A stretch of DNA of 63,848 bases, filler included, from Octopus bimaculoides (lineage: Eukaryota), in NCBI RefSeq assembly GCF_001194135.2. It is 5 parts of 4 records of this genome, joined end to end, with 100 filler letters (N's around TTAATTAATTAA, not from the genome) between each part and the next. Parts side by side here need not be neighbours in the genome. Positions count along the whole stretch, not along the records: positions 1 to 9,382 come from NC_068992.1; positions 9,483 to 37,378 come from NC_068995.1; 3 more parts are not named here. The stretch is one strand, 5' to 3'. Below, piece after piece: positions 1 through 12,868 of this stretch. The translations under genes were made by a program, and so were the position numbers. The number at the start of each line of letters is the position of its first letter. Position 1 is the stretch's first letter. Below the pieces are notes generated by a model, which saw nothing but the letters and a program-made list of their open reading frames with translations, was not told the origin of the DNA and did not search any database.

Positions 1-54
<54 letters not shown>

Positions 55-299
55 ACGCGCATACATACATATACACACACGGTAAAATAGATGGGCAATG
101 ATACAGTTGTATGCATGTATGTATGTGCCTAAATGCGTGCAAATACATAGACGTTCAAAAGTGGGGGCCGAAGAGTAATAGAAGTCAAGTAAATGATGGA
201 AAATAGCTCATTAATAATAGTAGCAAGCTTGTGTGCACAAGAGTCGGGGTTCAAGACTTGTGTATGTCAGTACCTACATGTGTGAAGCTATACATATAA

Positions 300-350
<51 letters not shown>

Positions 351-472
351 CATACATGTATGTATATATATATATAATATAACTTATATATATATATATA
401 CAATATAAATTATATATATAGATATATAACATAAATTATATATATATATATGTATATATAATATAAATTATA

Positions 473-503
<31 letters not shown>

Positions 504-982
504 TTAATATAAATTATATATATAGATGTATATATATNNNNNNNNNNNNNNNNNNNNNNNNNNNNNNNNNNNNNNNNNNNNNNNNNNNNNNNNNNNNNNN
601 NNNNNNNNNNNNNNNNNNNNNNNNNNNNNNNNNNNNNNNNNNNNNNNNNNNNNNNNNNNNNNNNNNNNNNNNNNNNNNNNNNNNNNNNNNNNNNNNNNNN
701 NNNNNNNNNNNNNNNNNNNNNNNNNNNNNNNNNNNNNNNNNNNNNNNNNNNNNNNNNNNNNNNNNNNNNNNNNNNNNNNNNNNNNNNNNNNNNNNNNNNN
801 NNNNNNNNNNNNNNNNNNNNNNNNNNNNNNNNNNNNNNNNNNNNNNNNNNNNNNNNNNNNNNNNNNNNNNNNNNNNNNNNNNNNNNNNNNNNNNNNNNNN
901 NNNNNNNNNNNNNNNNNNNNNNNNNNNNNNNNNNNNNNNNNNNNNNNNNNNNNNNNNNNNNNNNNNNNNNNNNNNNNNNNNN

Positions 983-1040
<58 letters not shown>

Positions 1041-1230
1041 TGTTCGTGTTTGTGTACGTGTACTCGTGGATGCTTGTACTCGTTTCGTCATGTGCGTTTT
1101 ATATGTACTCTGAACTACACATTCATATATCCTCTCTCCCTCGTCCTCTATCTCCTTTTCTCACTCTCTCACACACGCATGCATAACATATATATGTATA
1201 TATGTGTATATGTAAATATATATGTATATA

Positions 1231-1275
<45 letters not shown>

Positions 1276-1311
1276 GCATGTATGGGTATAGGACGTCTAT
1301 ATATATACATG

Positions 1312-1343
<32 letters not shown>

Positions 1344-1869
1344 AATGTATACACACATATATATATAGTACACAATACACGCAGACGCATATATAATGAC
1401 CTACACACACACACACACACGCATAAATGTATATATAATAACAAACATGCATACACACATACATACATGTATGCATACATATGTCCTTATGTAGGTGCAT
1501 ATATACATATGTATATACATACATACTCGCATATATACATACGTACATACATACAGACATACATACATATATACATACATACATAAGTACGTTCACATAG
1601 GCATCCATGCATATGAATATTAATATATTTGTCTGTGTACATACACGCTCAGACACACGCATACGAACTCATGTACGTGTGTGTGTGTGTGTAAAGTATA
1701 TATATATGCATACACAAATGAGCGTGTGTGGGTGCACGAGTAGTGTCACGTATTCCATATACATAACACTTACACACACACACACACACACACTCACCCA
1801 CATGCAAACACACAGACATATTCATTTGTATATTAAGTATGACAGATGGGTCTTGTACGGAAACAGCAT

Positions 1870-1984
1870 CAGCCCCAAGATGGGTGAGGGTGGGTGGATA
1901 AGAGATGGTGGTCATGGTGGTGCTGGTGCTGGTTGAGGGGTTGCGGTTATGGTGTGCATGGTGATAATGCCGGGGTGGTAGGGT

Positions 1985-2024
<40 letters not shown>

Positions 2025-2114
2025 GGATAGATAAATAGAAACAGAGAGGGGGAGAAAGAGAGTGATGGAGGGATAGAGAGACAGACATACAGACAGACAG
2101 ACAGACAGACAGAC

Positions 2115-2162
<48 letters not shown>

Positions 2163-2910
2163 GGATGGATGGATGGATGGATGGATAGACAGACAGACAG
2201 ATAGGTAGATAGATAGATAGATGGATGGATGGATGGATGGATGGATGGATAGACAGATAGGTAGATAGGGTTTAGAATGGGTGTAGTAGAGGTGATGAAG
2301 AAGGTGACGGACTGGAAGAGTAGGGGAGGGAAACATGAGAAGGTGGAGGAGGAGGAGGATAATGGATGGCGCTGGTGATTAATAAAAGTAACGACGGCAA
2401 CGATGATGACGATGGTGGTGGTGGTGACGACGACGGTAATGATATTGATGACAACGACGACGACGACGACGACGATGATGATGATGATGATAACGATGAT
2501 CCAACTTGTTGTTTAACCCCAGGTCAACCCAGGTGATGATGGCTACTAATGATGGCGACAATCGTGGGGATTGTGGTGCTGTTGGTAACAGTGTTGTTGT
2601 TGTTGTTGTTGTTGTCGTTGGTTGCGGTGACGGTGGTGGTGGTGGTGTTGTTTTCCCTGGGGCCGTTGGGTGATGTTGACGGTCGTTGATGTCATCGTTG
2701 TTGTTGTTGCTGTTGTCGTCATAGTAACAATGGTAGTGATGATAGTAGTGGTGGTGGTGGTGGTGGTTGTAGCGTTAATCGTAGTGCATGCTGGTGGTAG
2801 GTGATGGTGGTGTCGGTGGTGATGGTCGTGGTTGTGGCTGTGGTGGTGATCGTTGTCGTAGTAGTGGTGGTGATAATGTTTGTCACTTCGTCACCACCGT
2901 CACCGCTCTT

Positions 2911-2975
<65 letters not shown>
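1870..2975. repeat. Compound microsatellite/low-complexity tract
   Basis: (AG)n, (AGAC)n, (AGAT)n, (GGAT)n, (GAT/GAC/GTT/GGT)n and (CA)n in series. Similar simple repeats occur throughout the window. Confidence 0.95.
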
Positions 2976-4822
2976 NNNNNNNNNNNNNNNNNNNNNNNNN
3001 NNNNNNNNNNNNNNNNNNNNNNNNNNNNNNNNNNNNNNNNNNNNNNNNNNNNNNNNNNNNNNNNNNNNNNNNNNNNNNNNNNNNNNNNNNNNNNNNNNNN
3101 NNNNNNNNNNNNNNNNNNNNNNNNNNNNNNNNNNNNNNNNNNNNNNNNNNNNNNNNNNNNNNNNNNNNNNNNNNNNNNNNNNNNNNNNNNNNNNNNNNNN
3201 NNNNNNNNNNNNNNNNNNNNNNNNNNNNNNNNNNNNNNNNNNNNNNNNNNNNNNNNNNNNNNNNNNNNNNNNNNNNNNNNNNNNNNNNNNNNNNNNNNNN
3301 NNNNNNNNNNNNNNNNNNNNNNNNNNNNNNNNNNNNNNNNNNNNNNNNNNNNNNNNNNNNNNNNNNNNNNNNNNNNNNNNNNNNNNNNNNNNNNNNNNNN
3401 NNNNCCGTAATTAACTGGAAAAAATTGTTTTAATTCATTTATCCATCAACTTCAATTGGTTTCAATTAATTTTGTTACAGCTATGGTCTTCTGTGAACGG
3501 CTATATGAATGTATATATATATATGTGTGTGTGTGTGTGTGCATGTATGTATATATATGTGTGTGTGTGCATGTATATATATATATATATGTATATAAAT
3601 ATCTATATATATTTATATATAATTGTATATANNNNNNNNNNNNNNNNNNNNNNNNNNNNNNNNNNNNNNNNNNNNNNNNNNNNNNNNNNNNNNNNNNNNN
3701 NNNNNNNNNNNNNNNNNNNNNNNNNNNNNNNNNNNNNNNNNNNNNNNNNNNNNNNNNNNNNNNNNNNNNNNNNNNNNNNNNNNNNNNNNNNNNNNNNNNN
3801 NNNNNNNNNNNNNNNNNNNNNNNNNNNNNNNNNNNNNNNNNNNNNNNNNNNNNNNNNNNNNNNNNNNNNNNNNNNNNNNNNNNNNNNNNNNNNNNNNNNN
3901 NNNNNNNNNNNNNNNNNNNNNNNNNNNNNNNNNNNNNNNNNNNNNNNNNNNNNNNNNNNNNNNNNNNNNNNNNNNNNNNNNNNNNNNNNNNNNNNNNNNN
4001 NNNNNNNNNNNNNNNNNNNNNNNNNNNNNNNNNNNNNNNNNNNNNNNNNNNNNNNNNNNNNNNNNNNNNNNNNNNNNNNNNNNNNNNNNNNNNNNNNNNN
4101 NNNNNNNNNNNNNNNNNNNNNNNNNNNNNNNNNNNNNNNNNNNNNNNNNNNNNNNNNNNNNNNNNNNNNNNNNNNNNNNNNNNNNNNNNNNNNNNNNNNN
4201 NNNNNNNNNNNNNNNNNNNNNNNNNNNNNTATATATATATATATATATATATACGACGAGATTCTTTATAAATGATTGTGTGTCTGTGTTTGTCCTGCCA
4301 CCATCGCTTGACAACCGATGCTGGTGTGTTTAGGTCCCCGTAACTTAGCGGTTCGGCAAGAGATACCGATAGAATAAGTACTAGGCTTACAAAGAATAAG
4401 TCCTGGGGTCGATTTGTGCCACTAAAGGTGGTGCTCCAGCCGGGTCGCAGTCAAATGACTGAAGCAGGTAAAAGACCAAAAGAATATATACATCTATATA
4501 TGTAACGAGGAAACTGTAATGAAGCCAGAAGATGAGGGAAAGAAGGAAAAACAGAAAGAAGTTGAGAGAGAGAGAGAGAGAGAAAGAGAATAAACCTGAG
4601 TGGAGGTGGAGGTGGGGTGATGCGGATGAGAATGAAATTCAATACAAGAGGGGGGGTGGTAAATGATAAGGCCAGTGGCTAGAGAGAAGGAACGAAGGAA
4701 CGAAGGAGAATTGATGATGTATTAAAAGGAGAGAGCGGGGAAAGAGCGTAGGGGTGAGGGTGGAGAGGAGAGACCGTAAAAATCAATTAAAACAAAAAGA
4801 TATATGCAATAATAATAGTATC

Positions 4823-4869
<47 letters not shown>

Positions 4870-5445
4870 GAAAAACAATAATAATAAAGCATGATGTGAC
4901 ANNNNNNNNNNTAATAAAGCATGATGTGACAATGGAGGAACGATTTTTTTTTTTTTTTTGACGCTCGCACATGCAGCTGCTCCGGATGGAGTTTGAAACC
5001 CTCTTGGGATTGCTGCGATGATGTCAAACGATGTCAGATAAACAGTGAAATGGGCGATAAATGCTCGAAAGTCAATGAAACTAAGAGTTGTTTTGTCACC
5101 TTGCCCTTCCTCCCTCCCTCACTCACAAGCACCTCCCACCCTTTTAGTCTCTCCCACTCTCTCTCTTTCTCTTACCCTCTATCTCCCTCCCTCCCTCCTT
5201 CCCTCCCATATCTCTCTTATTGTCTTTCGAACGTTTCCCGCTCCCCCTCTCTTACTTTTTTCGCTCTCTTTGTCTCTCTTTCTCTTTCCCGCACACTCTT
5301 AATTTTTCCTCTTCTGTTTTCTTTTCCTTTTCTACATATATCCATTTAATGTTATATATGTGTATGCATTCATGTATGCATGCATGCTCCCATGTATGTA
5401 TGTATATATGTATGTAAGCACATATATATATACAAATGTACATAC

Positions 5446-5501
<56 letters not shown>

Positions 5502-5514
5502 ATATATATGCATG

Positions 5515-5563
<49 letters not shown>

Positions 5564-5740
5564 CTATGCATATATATGTATATATATGTATGTATATATA
5601 TATATGTGTGTGGGTGGGTGGGTGTGTACATATACCTTCGTAGATATGTTTTATATGTGTGTATGCATCCACACACACACATATCCATCACGCATATGTT
5701 TGGCTATATGTCTCACTTGCCCTCTTTCACAGTTACGCCT

Positions 5741-5774
<34 letters not shown>

Positions 5775-5896
5775 ACTCTCCCTCCTTGTCTAAATATCAC
5801 TAGCTTTTTCTATATGTCTATCTATCAATCTGTCTGTCTTTCTGTCTGTATGTTTGTGTCTATCTATCTATCTATTTATCTATCTANNNNNNNNNN

Positions 5897-5940
<44 letters not shown>

Positions 5941-5955
5941 TTGCTTGCCTGTCAG

Positions 5956-6001
<46 letters not shown>

Positions 6002-7539
6002 CAATAATTCGCTTCCATTAGTATGTCTCATTCCTTTCAACGTCCTTCTCTCTCTCTTCCTCCTCCCTCTCTTCTCCCCCTCCCCTCTTATCCTCCTCCA
6101 CTTCCCCTCTCCTCCCACTTCACCTCTCCCCCTCCACTTCTCCTCCTCTCACCCATCACTTTTACTCCTTAATGGCTGATGATTGCTCGACCCTTATTAC
6201 ACAAGCAATATGGCGTCTCTAGCCTAGACGTGACCATTTAGGAAGAAGCCAGGCCTCGCACGGCACAGTGTAGATAGATGAAGCGTGGCGGACAGTGTCC
6301 TGCGGTGTGGTAGAAGCAGAGGTATTAAAGGGGTATTAAAGAGGAGTAGTGGGCAAGATTAGGGTTATGGGAGGAGGATGCAGGATGCTAAGGAGAAAGC
6401 AATGAACTGAAAAACAATGAGATGCATAGAGATAACGGAAACGAATAATAGATTATACTTGCATTCATATACATATGTACGTGTATGTATACATATCTAT
6501 ATAGACACACACATACACACACACAGATAAAGAAGAAGAAGAAGGTTTAAAATTCACAACAACTGTTTCGGCAGCGTTTTATTGGTGCAACCTTAGATTA
6601 CATCATGGCAAAAAAACCCGCCAACGTCAGGTGACATTCAAACATATAAAGAGGTGAATCAGAAACGTGCGTGCGTGTGTGTGTGTGCGTGTGTTTGTAT
6701 GTGTGTGTGTGTGTGTGTGCGTGTGTTTGTGTGTGTGTATGTGTGNNNNNNNNNNNNNNNNNNNNNNNNNNNNNNNNNNNNNNNNNNNNNNNNNNNNNNN
6801 NNNNNNNNNNNNNNNNNNNNNNNNNNNNNNNNNNNNNNNNNNNNNNNNNNNNNNNNNNNNNNNNNNNNNNNNNNNNNNNNNNNNNNNNNNNNNNNNNNNN
6901 NNNNNNNNNNNNNNNNNNNNNNNNNNNNNNNNNNNNNNNNNNNNNNNNNNNNNNNATATATATATATATATACATATATTCTTTTATTTCTTTTCTTGTT
7001 TCAGTCATCTGACTGCAGCCATGCTGGAGAACCGCCTATATGATATATATCCTATATGATATATCCAACATTGAACTCTTGTTAGAACATCGAATACTGA
7101 TGCATTAGTCTTGAGGTCTTCTCATATAAGCGCACGGGGTGGCACAACTGCATAGACATAAATCGTAGCAAACAAGATACATCTGTCACATCCGTTATGG
7201 GCACCTTCTGTGCTTTTATGCACCAAGCACTATATTAGAGGACCGTCTCAAGGCGAACACCGCAGTATTTGAAGTTCGAACTAGGTATTCACGTTAAGGA
7301 GGATATAAAGATTACCATTTCATATGAATACTGCTTCTGTAGCTAATAATTACTTATACATACCTCGCAATGATTGATCACAAAATCCACAAGTTGTTTT
7401 ATTCTCTCTCTGTTTATTTCCTCTTATTCATTTCTGTTGAAGAGCGTAGGCTCGAAATGTAAAAGACTTTCCCGAACTAATACTTTTGCTTATTGTTCAT
7501 ACTCTACCCGTCTTCGTCTTTTACTTTTCTGTAAATTTC

Positions 7540-7573
<34 letters not shown>

Positions 7574-8651
7574 NNNNNNNNNNNNNNNNNNNNNNNNNNN
7601 NNNNNNNNNNNNNNNNNNNNNNNNNNNNNNNNNNNNNNNNNNNNNNNNNNNNNNNNNNNNNNNNNNNNNNNNNNNNNNNNNNNNNNNNNNNNNNNNNNNN
7701 NNNNNNNNNNNNNNNNNNNNNNNNNNNNNNNNNNNNNNNNNNNNNNNNNNNNNNNNNNNNNNNNNNNNNNNNNNNNNNNNNNNNNNNNNNNNNNNNNNNN
7801 NNNNNNNNNNNNNNNNNNNNNNNNNNNNNNNNNNNNNNNNNNNNNNNNNNNNNNNNNNNNNNNNNNNNNNNNNNNNNNNNNNNNNNNNNNNNNNNNNNNN
7901 NNNNNNNNNNNNNNNNNNNNNNNNNNNNNNNNNNNNNNNNNNNNNNNNNNNNNNNNNNNNNNNNNNNNNNNNNNNNNNNNNNNNNNNNNNNNNNNNNNNN
8001 NNNNNNNNNNNNNNNNNNNNNNNNNNNNNNNNNNNNNNNNNNNNNNNNNNNNNNNNNNNNNNNNNNNNNNNNNNNNNNNNNNNNNNNNNNNNNNNNNNNN
8101 NNNNNNNNNNNNNNNNNNNNNNNNNNNNNNNNNNNNNNNNNNNNNNNNNNNNNNNNNNNNNNNNNNNNNNNNNNNNNNNNNNNNNNNNNNNNNNNNNNNN
8201 NNNNNNNNNNNNNNNNNNNNNNNNNNNNNNNNNNNNNNNNNNNNNNNNNNNNNNNNNNNNNNNNNNNNNNNNNNNNNNNNNNNNNNNNNNNNNNNNNNNN
8301 NNNNNNNNNNNNNNNNNNNNNNNNNNNNNNNNNNNNNNNNNNNNNNNNNNNNNNNNNNNNNNNNNNNNNNNNNNNNNNNNNNNNNNNNNNNNNNNNNNNN
8401 NNNNNNNNNNNNNNNNNNNNNNNNNNNNNNNNNNNNNNNNNNNNNNNNNNNNNNNNNNNNNNNNNNNNNNNNTTATGAAGTCATTCTTTTTTCTTTTTTC
8501 AAATATACCAAACTGTACCAAGGATCTCACATATTTTCCCGTGTGTGTGTGAGTGTGTGTGTGTGTGTGTGTAAGTATTTGTATTATTTCCCTTTTCCAA
8601 AATAACTCTCATATTGAACTCTAAAATTTCCCTCTATTTAACCATCGCACA

Positions 8652-8693
8652 TAGTCTTTGATGAAGGGATATCCCTAAACAGCTGTAGGACTA
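8652..8693 (+). ncRNA. Minimal type I hammerhead ribozyme, inactivated
   Basis: tagtct-TTGATGA-aggga(ta)tccct-AAA-c agct gta-ggacta. Stems I, II and III are all formable and stem III is palindromic (ACAGCTGT). The core has C3 changed to U and lacks G12. Confidence 0.7.
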
Positions 8694-8767
8694 ATTTTCT
8701 TTTTATAAATGTGAAAATTCCACAAAGTCTTGGCTTTGTTGTCTCATTTTATTTAACACACACACAG

Positions 8768-8805
<38 letters not shown>

Positions 8806-9321
8806 TTATACACATATATTTACGCACGCACACACATATGAATATATTTATATATATGTGTGTGTGTGTATGTATAAATGTATGTCTTTCTGCTTGTGTT
8901 TGTCGCCCACCACAGCTTGACAGATGGTGTTTTTTTTTGTTTTTGTTTTTTTGTTTACATCCTTGTAACTTAAGGAATCATTTAATAATCGGCAGAATTA
9001 GTACCAGAGTTTGATGTCGATTTGTTCGACTAAATACTTCAAGGCGGTGGTGTAGCATGGCCGTAGCCTGGATAAAAGATCATATTCATATATTGTATAT
9101 ATATATATATGTAAAGCAAATATGTAGATTAATGTAGACTTATCTTGTATTCAAGGTAAGTCTACAGTAATTCACATATTTATTTTCTTGTGATTTGCCC
9201 TGAATTTACTTCACATTGTTTTGGTCTGACCCACGATCCTTTATACAATATATTCTACACAATGCTACATAGTAATTATTCCATTATAATACACACACAC
9301 GCACATATATATATATGTATG

Positions 9322-9382
<61 letters not shown>

Positions 9383-9482
9383 NNNNNNNNNNNNNNNNNN
9401 NNNNNNNNNNNNNNNNNNNNNNNNNNTTAATTAATTAANNNNNNNNNNNNNNNNNNNNNNNNNNNNNNNNNNNNNNNNNNNN

Positions 9483-9806
9483 TATTGTTGTATTTGGGGA
9501 TGGTCATGTTGCCAGTTTAGCCAATAAAACACATGCACTATATATTTGGTGTTAATTTGCTTCAACTTTATTTTATTTTTTACATTAATCGTATTTCAGC
9601 CAGAGTTCTTTCGTCACACTTCTGTGACCTCATCAGTGGTCCTTTGCTTTCTTCATTCTTACAGAGAAGTTTGACAAAAGAACTCTGGCTGAAATACGAT
9701 TAATGTAAAAAATAAAATAAAGCTGAAGCAAATTAACACCAAATATATAGTGCGTGTGTTTTTATTGGCTAAACTGGCAACATGACCATCCCCAAATACA
9801 ACAATA
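9483..9806. repeat. Long inverted repeat (arms of about 140 bp, loop of about 35 bp)
   Basis: 9483-~9625 is the reverse complement of ~9661-9806, with a few substitutions. Confidence 0.95.
9602..9639 (-). ncRNA. Minimal type I hammerhead motif at the centre of a foldback repeat
   Basis: Minus strand reads cca-CTGATGA-g-GTCACA gaag TGTGAC-GAAA-g aa c TC-tgg. Stem I is 3 bp, stem II is 6 bp, the cleavage triplet is CUC, and there is one extra G before stem II. Confidence 0.65.
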
Positions 9807-9860
9807 TCTGTTTCAACAAACGATTTCACATCAAGAATCTTGCAAAACGAATATATAAAC

Positions 9861-9894
<34 letters not shown>

Positions 9895-10288
9895 ATATAA
9901 AGAATCAGGAGATTCAGAAAAAATTATCTGCGATCTCAAGAGGATTATTGTATATGTATATAAAAGAGACCCCAGTTTTTTTACCCTACTATTTTAATAT
10001 ATATAAATATATGCACATATATATTATTGGTGTGCATGTATGTTTCATGCGAGTGAGTGAGCATATGCATATATGCACGTGGATGTGTGTGTGCGTGCAT
10101 GTGTATGTACATGCTCGCATACGCGGATTCTATGAGCGTGGGTTTACCTTCTTTGACTATTTTTACTTTCTCCCTATTCAGGTAATTTCCCTTTATTTAA
10201 CGGTCATTCTCATAGCTCTTTTGTTTGTCTTCTTCATAGTAATTTCCCTTTATTTAATGGTCATTTCATAGCATTTTTGTTTGTCTTC

Positions 10289-10347
10289 ATAACTGACGAG
10301 ATGCTGGTGCAGACTTCCGCCCCGACATCCGAAACTCTCAGTTTTAT
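10289..10347 (+). ncRNA. Type I hammerhead motif, degenerate
   Basis: ataa-CTGACGA-gatg...catc-c-GAAA-c tctca GTT-ttat. Stem II register is off by one base and the triplet is GUU. Confidence 0.5.
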
Positions 10348-10924
10348 TATGGCTACCAATTAATTGTCACATATTATTTTATTTACATACTATTGAGGTC
10401 TCATTCATTCTTTTGTTGTCATATTATTATAAATGTATATATATATAATAATATAGATTTAATCAAAAGATTAAATGTGGTACTTAAAATGTTTGAGGCA
10501 CCAGAATTTGGTAGGATAAAAATCTATATTATTATTCTGAACTTGCTCACCATTTGGGAGCACATATATTTTTTTCTGGTACTTAATTTTCAACAAAATG
10601 GAAAAGGTTAACATGGAATTCTCATAGAAGGACATCCCCTTACACAGCAAGGAAATGTATACTCTTGTTTTTTTGCAAACATCTTCAAAATGATTTTCTA
10701 AAATGAAATTCCATTATGCAGCTGAGGAGTACATTTTCATTGTACATTCTGTATATTTTTTTCTGGTACTTAATTTTCAACAAAATGGAATTCTCATAGA
10801 AGGACATCCCCTTACACAGCAAGGAAATGTATACTCTTATTTTTTGCAAACATCTTCAAAATGACTTTCTAAAATGAAATTCCATTATGCAGCTGAGGAG
10901 TACATTTTCATTGTACATTCTGTA
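10289..10924 (+). mobile_element. PLE pLTR-like fragment: HHR motif followed by a tandemly duplicated, decayed PLE ORF N-terminus
   Basis: HHR-like motif at 10289-10347. ATG at 10613 gives MEFS*KDIPLHSKEMYTLVFLQTSSK*FSKMKF, resembling Naiad-type N-termini (YSLKNIP..SK..Y...L..K...FIKRMRW). The unit of about 185 bp is duplicated (about 10566-10753 and 10754-10924). Confidence 0.55.
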
Positions 10925-11073
10925 GTGTTCTCACTACATGAATAAATGGAGCTTGTACGAAACGTACGTACTGCTATAACCTATTGAATTTTTGTTGCTT
11001 ATCTTCAAATATATATATATATATATAAATAAATAAATGGAGTTAAACGCAGGTGTTATTCAAATTCTTTTAC

Positions 11074-11156
11074 TTCCGACACGTTTCGAGGACAATATTG
11101 GTATTATTCCAAAGGAATAAAATAGTGTAAAACAATGTAATCTTCCCTTTAGGGAA
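11074..11156 (-). ncRNA. Hammerhead remnant in the 3' pLTR of PLE copy A
   Basis: Minus strand reads ttcc-CTAAAGG (mutated core)...ttattcc ttt ggaataa...gtcctc-GAAA-cgtGTC-ggaa. Homologous to 12869-12942. Confidence 0.6.
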
Positions 11157-12862
11157 ATAAAAAAAATAAAACAAACTCATCAATAAGACATTTTAACAGA
11201 ATATGATGGATATGTATAATGATGAACAGAACGCTATTAAGTTAAAAAAAAATGTTAGAGGATATAACGTCAAGGGTAGCCTGTGGAAAGAAATAAGCAG
11301 AAACCAGATAAATGAGAAATATAGAACAATATGTGAATTAAATAAAAGTCTTAAGTCTTGGAAAAAGATATATCTAGTGGAAGTGAAATATAAGAAGAAA
11401 ATCATTGTTCAAATTATATCTAATGGTAGATATCACTAATATGAACTAAAGGTATGTTTCTGCCAATGTTTACATCGATAAGCACACTCTATAACCGTGT
11501 TTACAAGAGGATTCTTAGAAAAAAGAATATAAAATAGTTCACAATTACAGGGTTGACAAAATATTTTGCCTTTATCATATGGGAATGAAATGGAGAGAAT
11601 CAACCAATTTAAATTAAATTGTTTATTATGGTCATTTAGATACCGAATTAATTTACTAAGCCCTGTACTGTTGTGTTTATTATTATCTCTAAATATAGAG
11701 TAATGATTAGAAATTCTTTTAGATAACTGAAAAGAAGAACTACCTGTATAAAAAAAGACATCGGTACCTGAAGTAATTTTACACTGATATATAGAGTTTC
11801 TAATTTTAGAATTACTAGACATAAACTTAATTCTGTTGAAATTGGCTTCACAGACAATAACCTTGTTATTAATATTTCTTGGGGGATGGTTGGTATTAGC
11901 TAAATTAATGTTAGTATTAGTAAATGGATTCTTATTTAACAGACTAATATTATGTGAGGAGATACTTTGTAAGAGATTTTTAGTGTTGGAAAAGCCAATC
12001 CTAATCGTGTGCGAGCTGATAATAGAGTAATACCTAGAATTCTTTGGAAAATTCCTAATGATAGCTTCCCAAAACTGGAAAGGAAGATTAGATTTAATTT
12101 GCCTCACATAAGGAATAATCAACCAAATAGTTTTGCTATTAGTTGCCTTATTTTTAGTGTATCTTTAAAAGACGATTTACCTTTAGAGTGGAAAAAAGAG
12201 TTTAAATGACGGTTATCTCCCTTCCTCTGTTTGGTGTTGGCGTATAAATTAAAATTGATATCATTTATATCCTTACAACTAGATTTCATGTCTCCATTAT
12301 TAAAGGTAGAATAAGATTGAATGGAATTAATGTAGGTAACTTTATCTGTATAACCTGCTTTAAGTAAGGCAGAGTTATAAAATTCAGCTTTGTTGTTGAA
12401 AATGTCGACATTAGCAGATAACTTTGACAATCTAAATGAAATATACTTAACTAAGTTCTTACTGACTGTCCTAGAATGATTACTGAATTGGCTAATATAC
12501 ATAAGATTGGTCGATGGTTTGTGGTATGGGAAGTATGAATTATTGTGCAAATTAAGTGTAATATCTAAAAAGTTGGCTTTCGTTATATCATCATCAAAAA
12601 CGATGCCTAAGCCTATCCTGCAGGAAAACGTAACTAAACTATTCTTAAACTTTTGTATTTTTTGGTCAGAAACATTTTGAAGATAAAGTAAACAATCACC
12701 ACAATATAGACCTCCATTGATGCTTGGTAACTGGTCTACCATTTCAAGAAGTATATATACAGTCCAAATCAGCTACTTGTGCTGACTCAGAACTTCTCAT
12801 CATAACATCAAAACCATCAGGTGTGTCTTTATGGACCCACATCTTATTGTCAAACTTTATTT
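11074..12862 (-). mobile_element. Penelope-like retroelement copy A (Naiad-like; 5'-truncated RT plus GIY-YIG endonuclease, frameshifted)
   Basis: Minus-strand translation gives IKFDNKMWVHKDTPDGFDVMMRSSESAQVAD, then GLYCGDCLL (degenerate YRDD) and NFLDITL...YFPYHKP, then IWLIIPY and the endonuclease SIYQCKITSGTDVFFYTGSSS..SKRISNH..TGLSK...CQPCNCELFYIL..CKH. A pLTR with an HHR remnant lies at the 3' end. Confidence 0.9.
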
Positions 12863-12868
12863 CTTTAT

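Noticed and set aside
6200-6230. aatATGGCG (YY1-like) as the NUP205 start codon
   Set aside because: The frame closes after five codons (ATG GCG TCT CTA GCC TAG) with no donor site.
6555-6610. GAAACAGTTGT half-motif on the minus strand resembling an HHR 3' half
   Set aside because: There is no CUGANGA core or stem II upstream.
504-8552. Long ORFs rich in YI/CV/HT dipeptides or X, here and throughout the window
   Set aside because: They are translations of (AT)n, (GT)n and (CA)n microsatellites and of N gaps, not genes.
9427-9438. TTAATTAATTAA islands inside N runs (also 37423-37434, 42123-42134, 58970-58981)
   Set aside because: The identical 12-mer with stops in all six frames is always embedded in Ns. 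It is an assembly spacer, not biology.
10691-10693. In-frame TGA in the PLE N-terminus as possible selenocysteine (some Naiads are reported to encode selenoproteins)
   Set aside because: The same frame has a TAG, the TGA is not at a Cys-like position, and I saw no SECIS. Ordinary decay is more likely.
10950-10975. GAAACGTACGTA palindromic stem III-like half-motif
   Set aside because: No matching 5' core, so it was not counted as a ribozyme.
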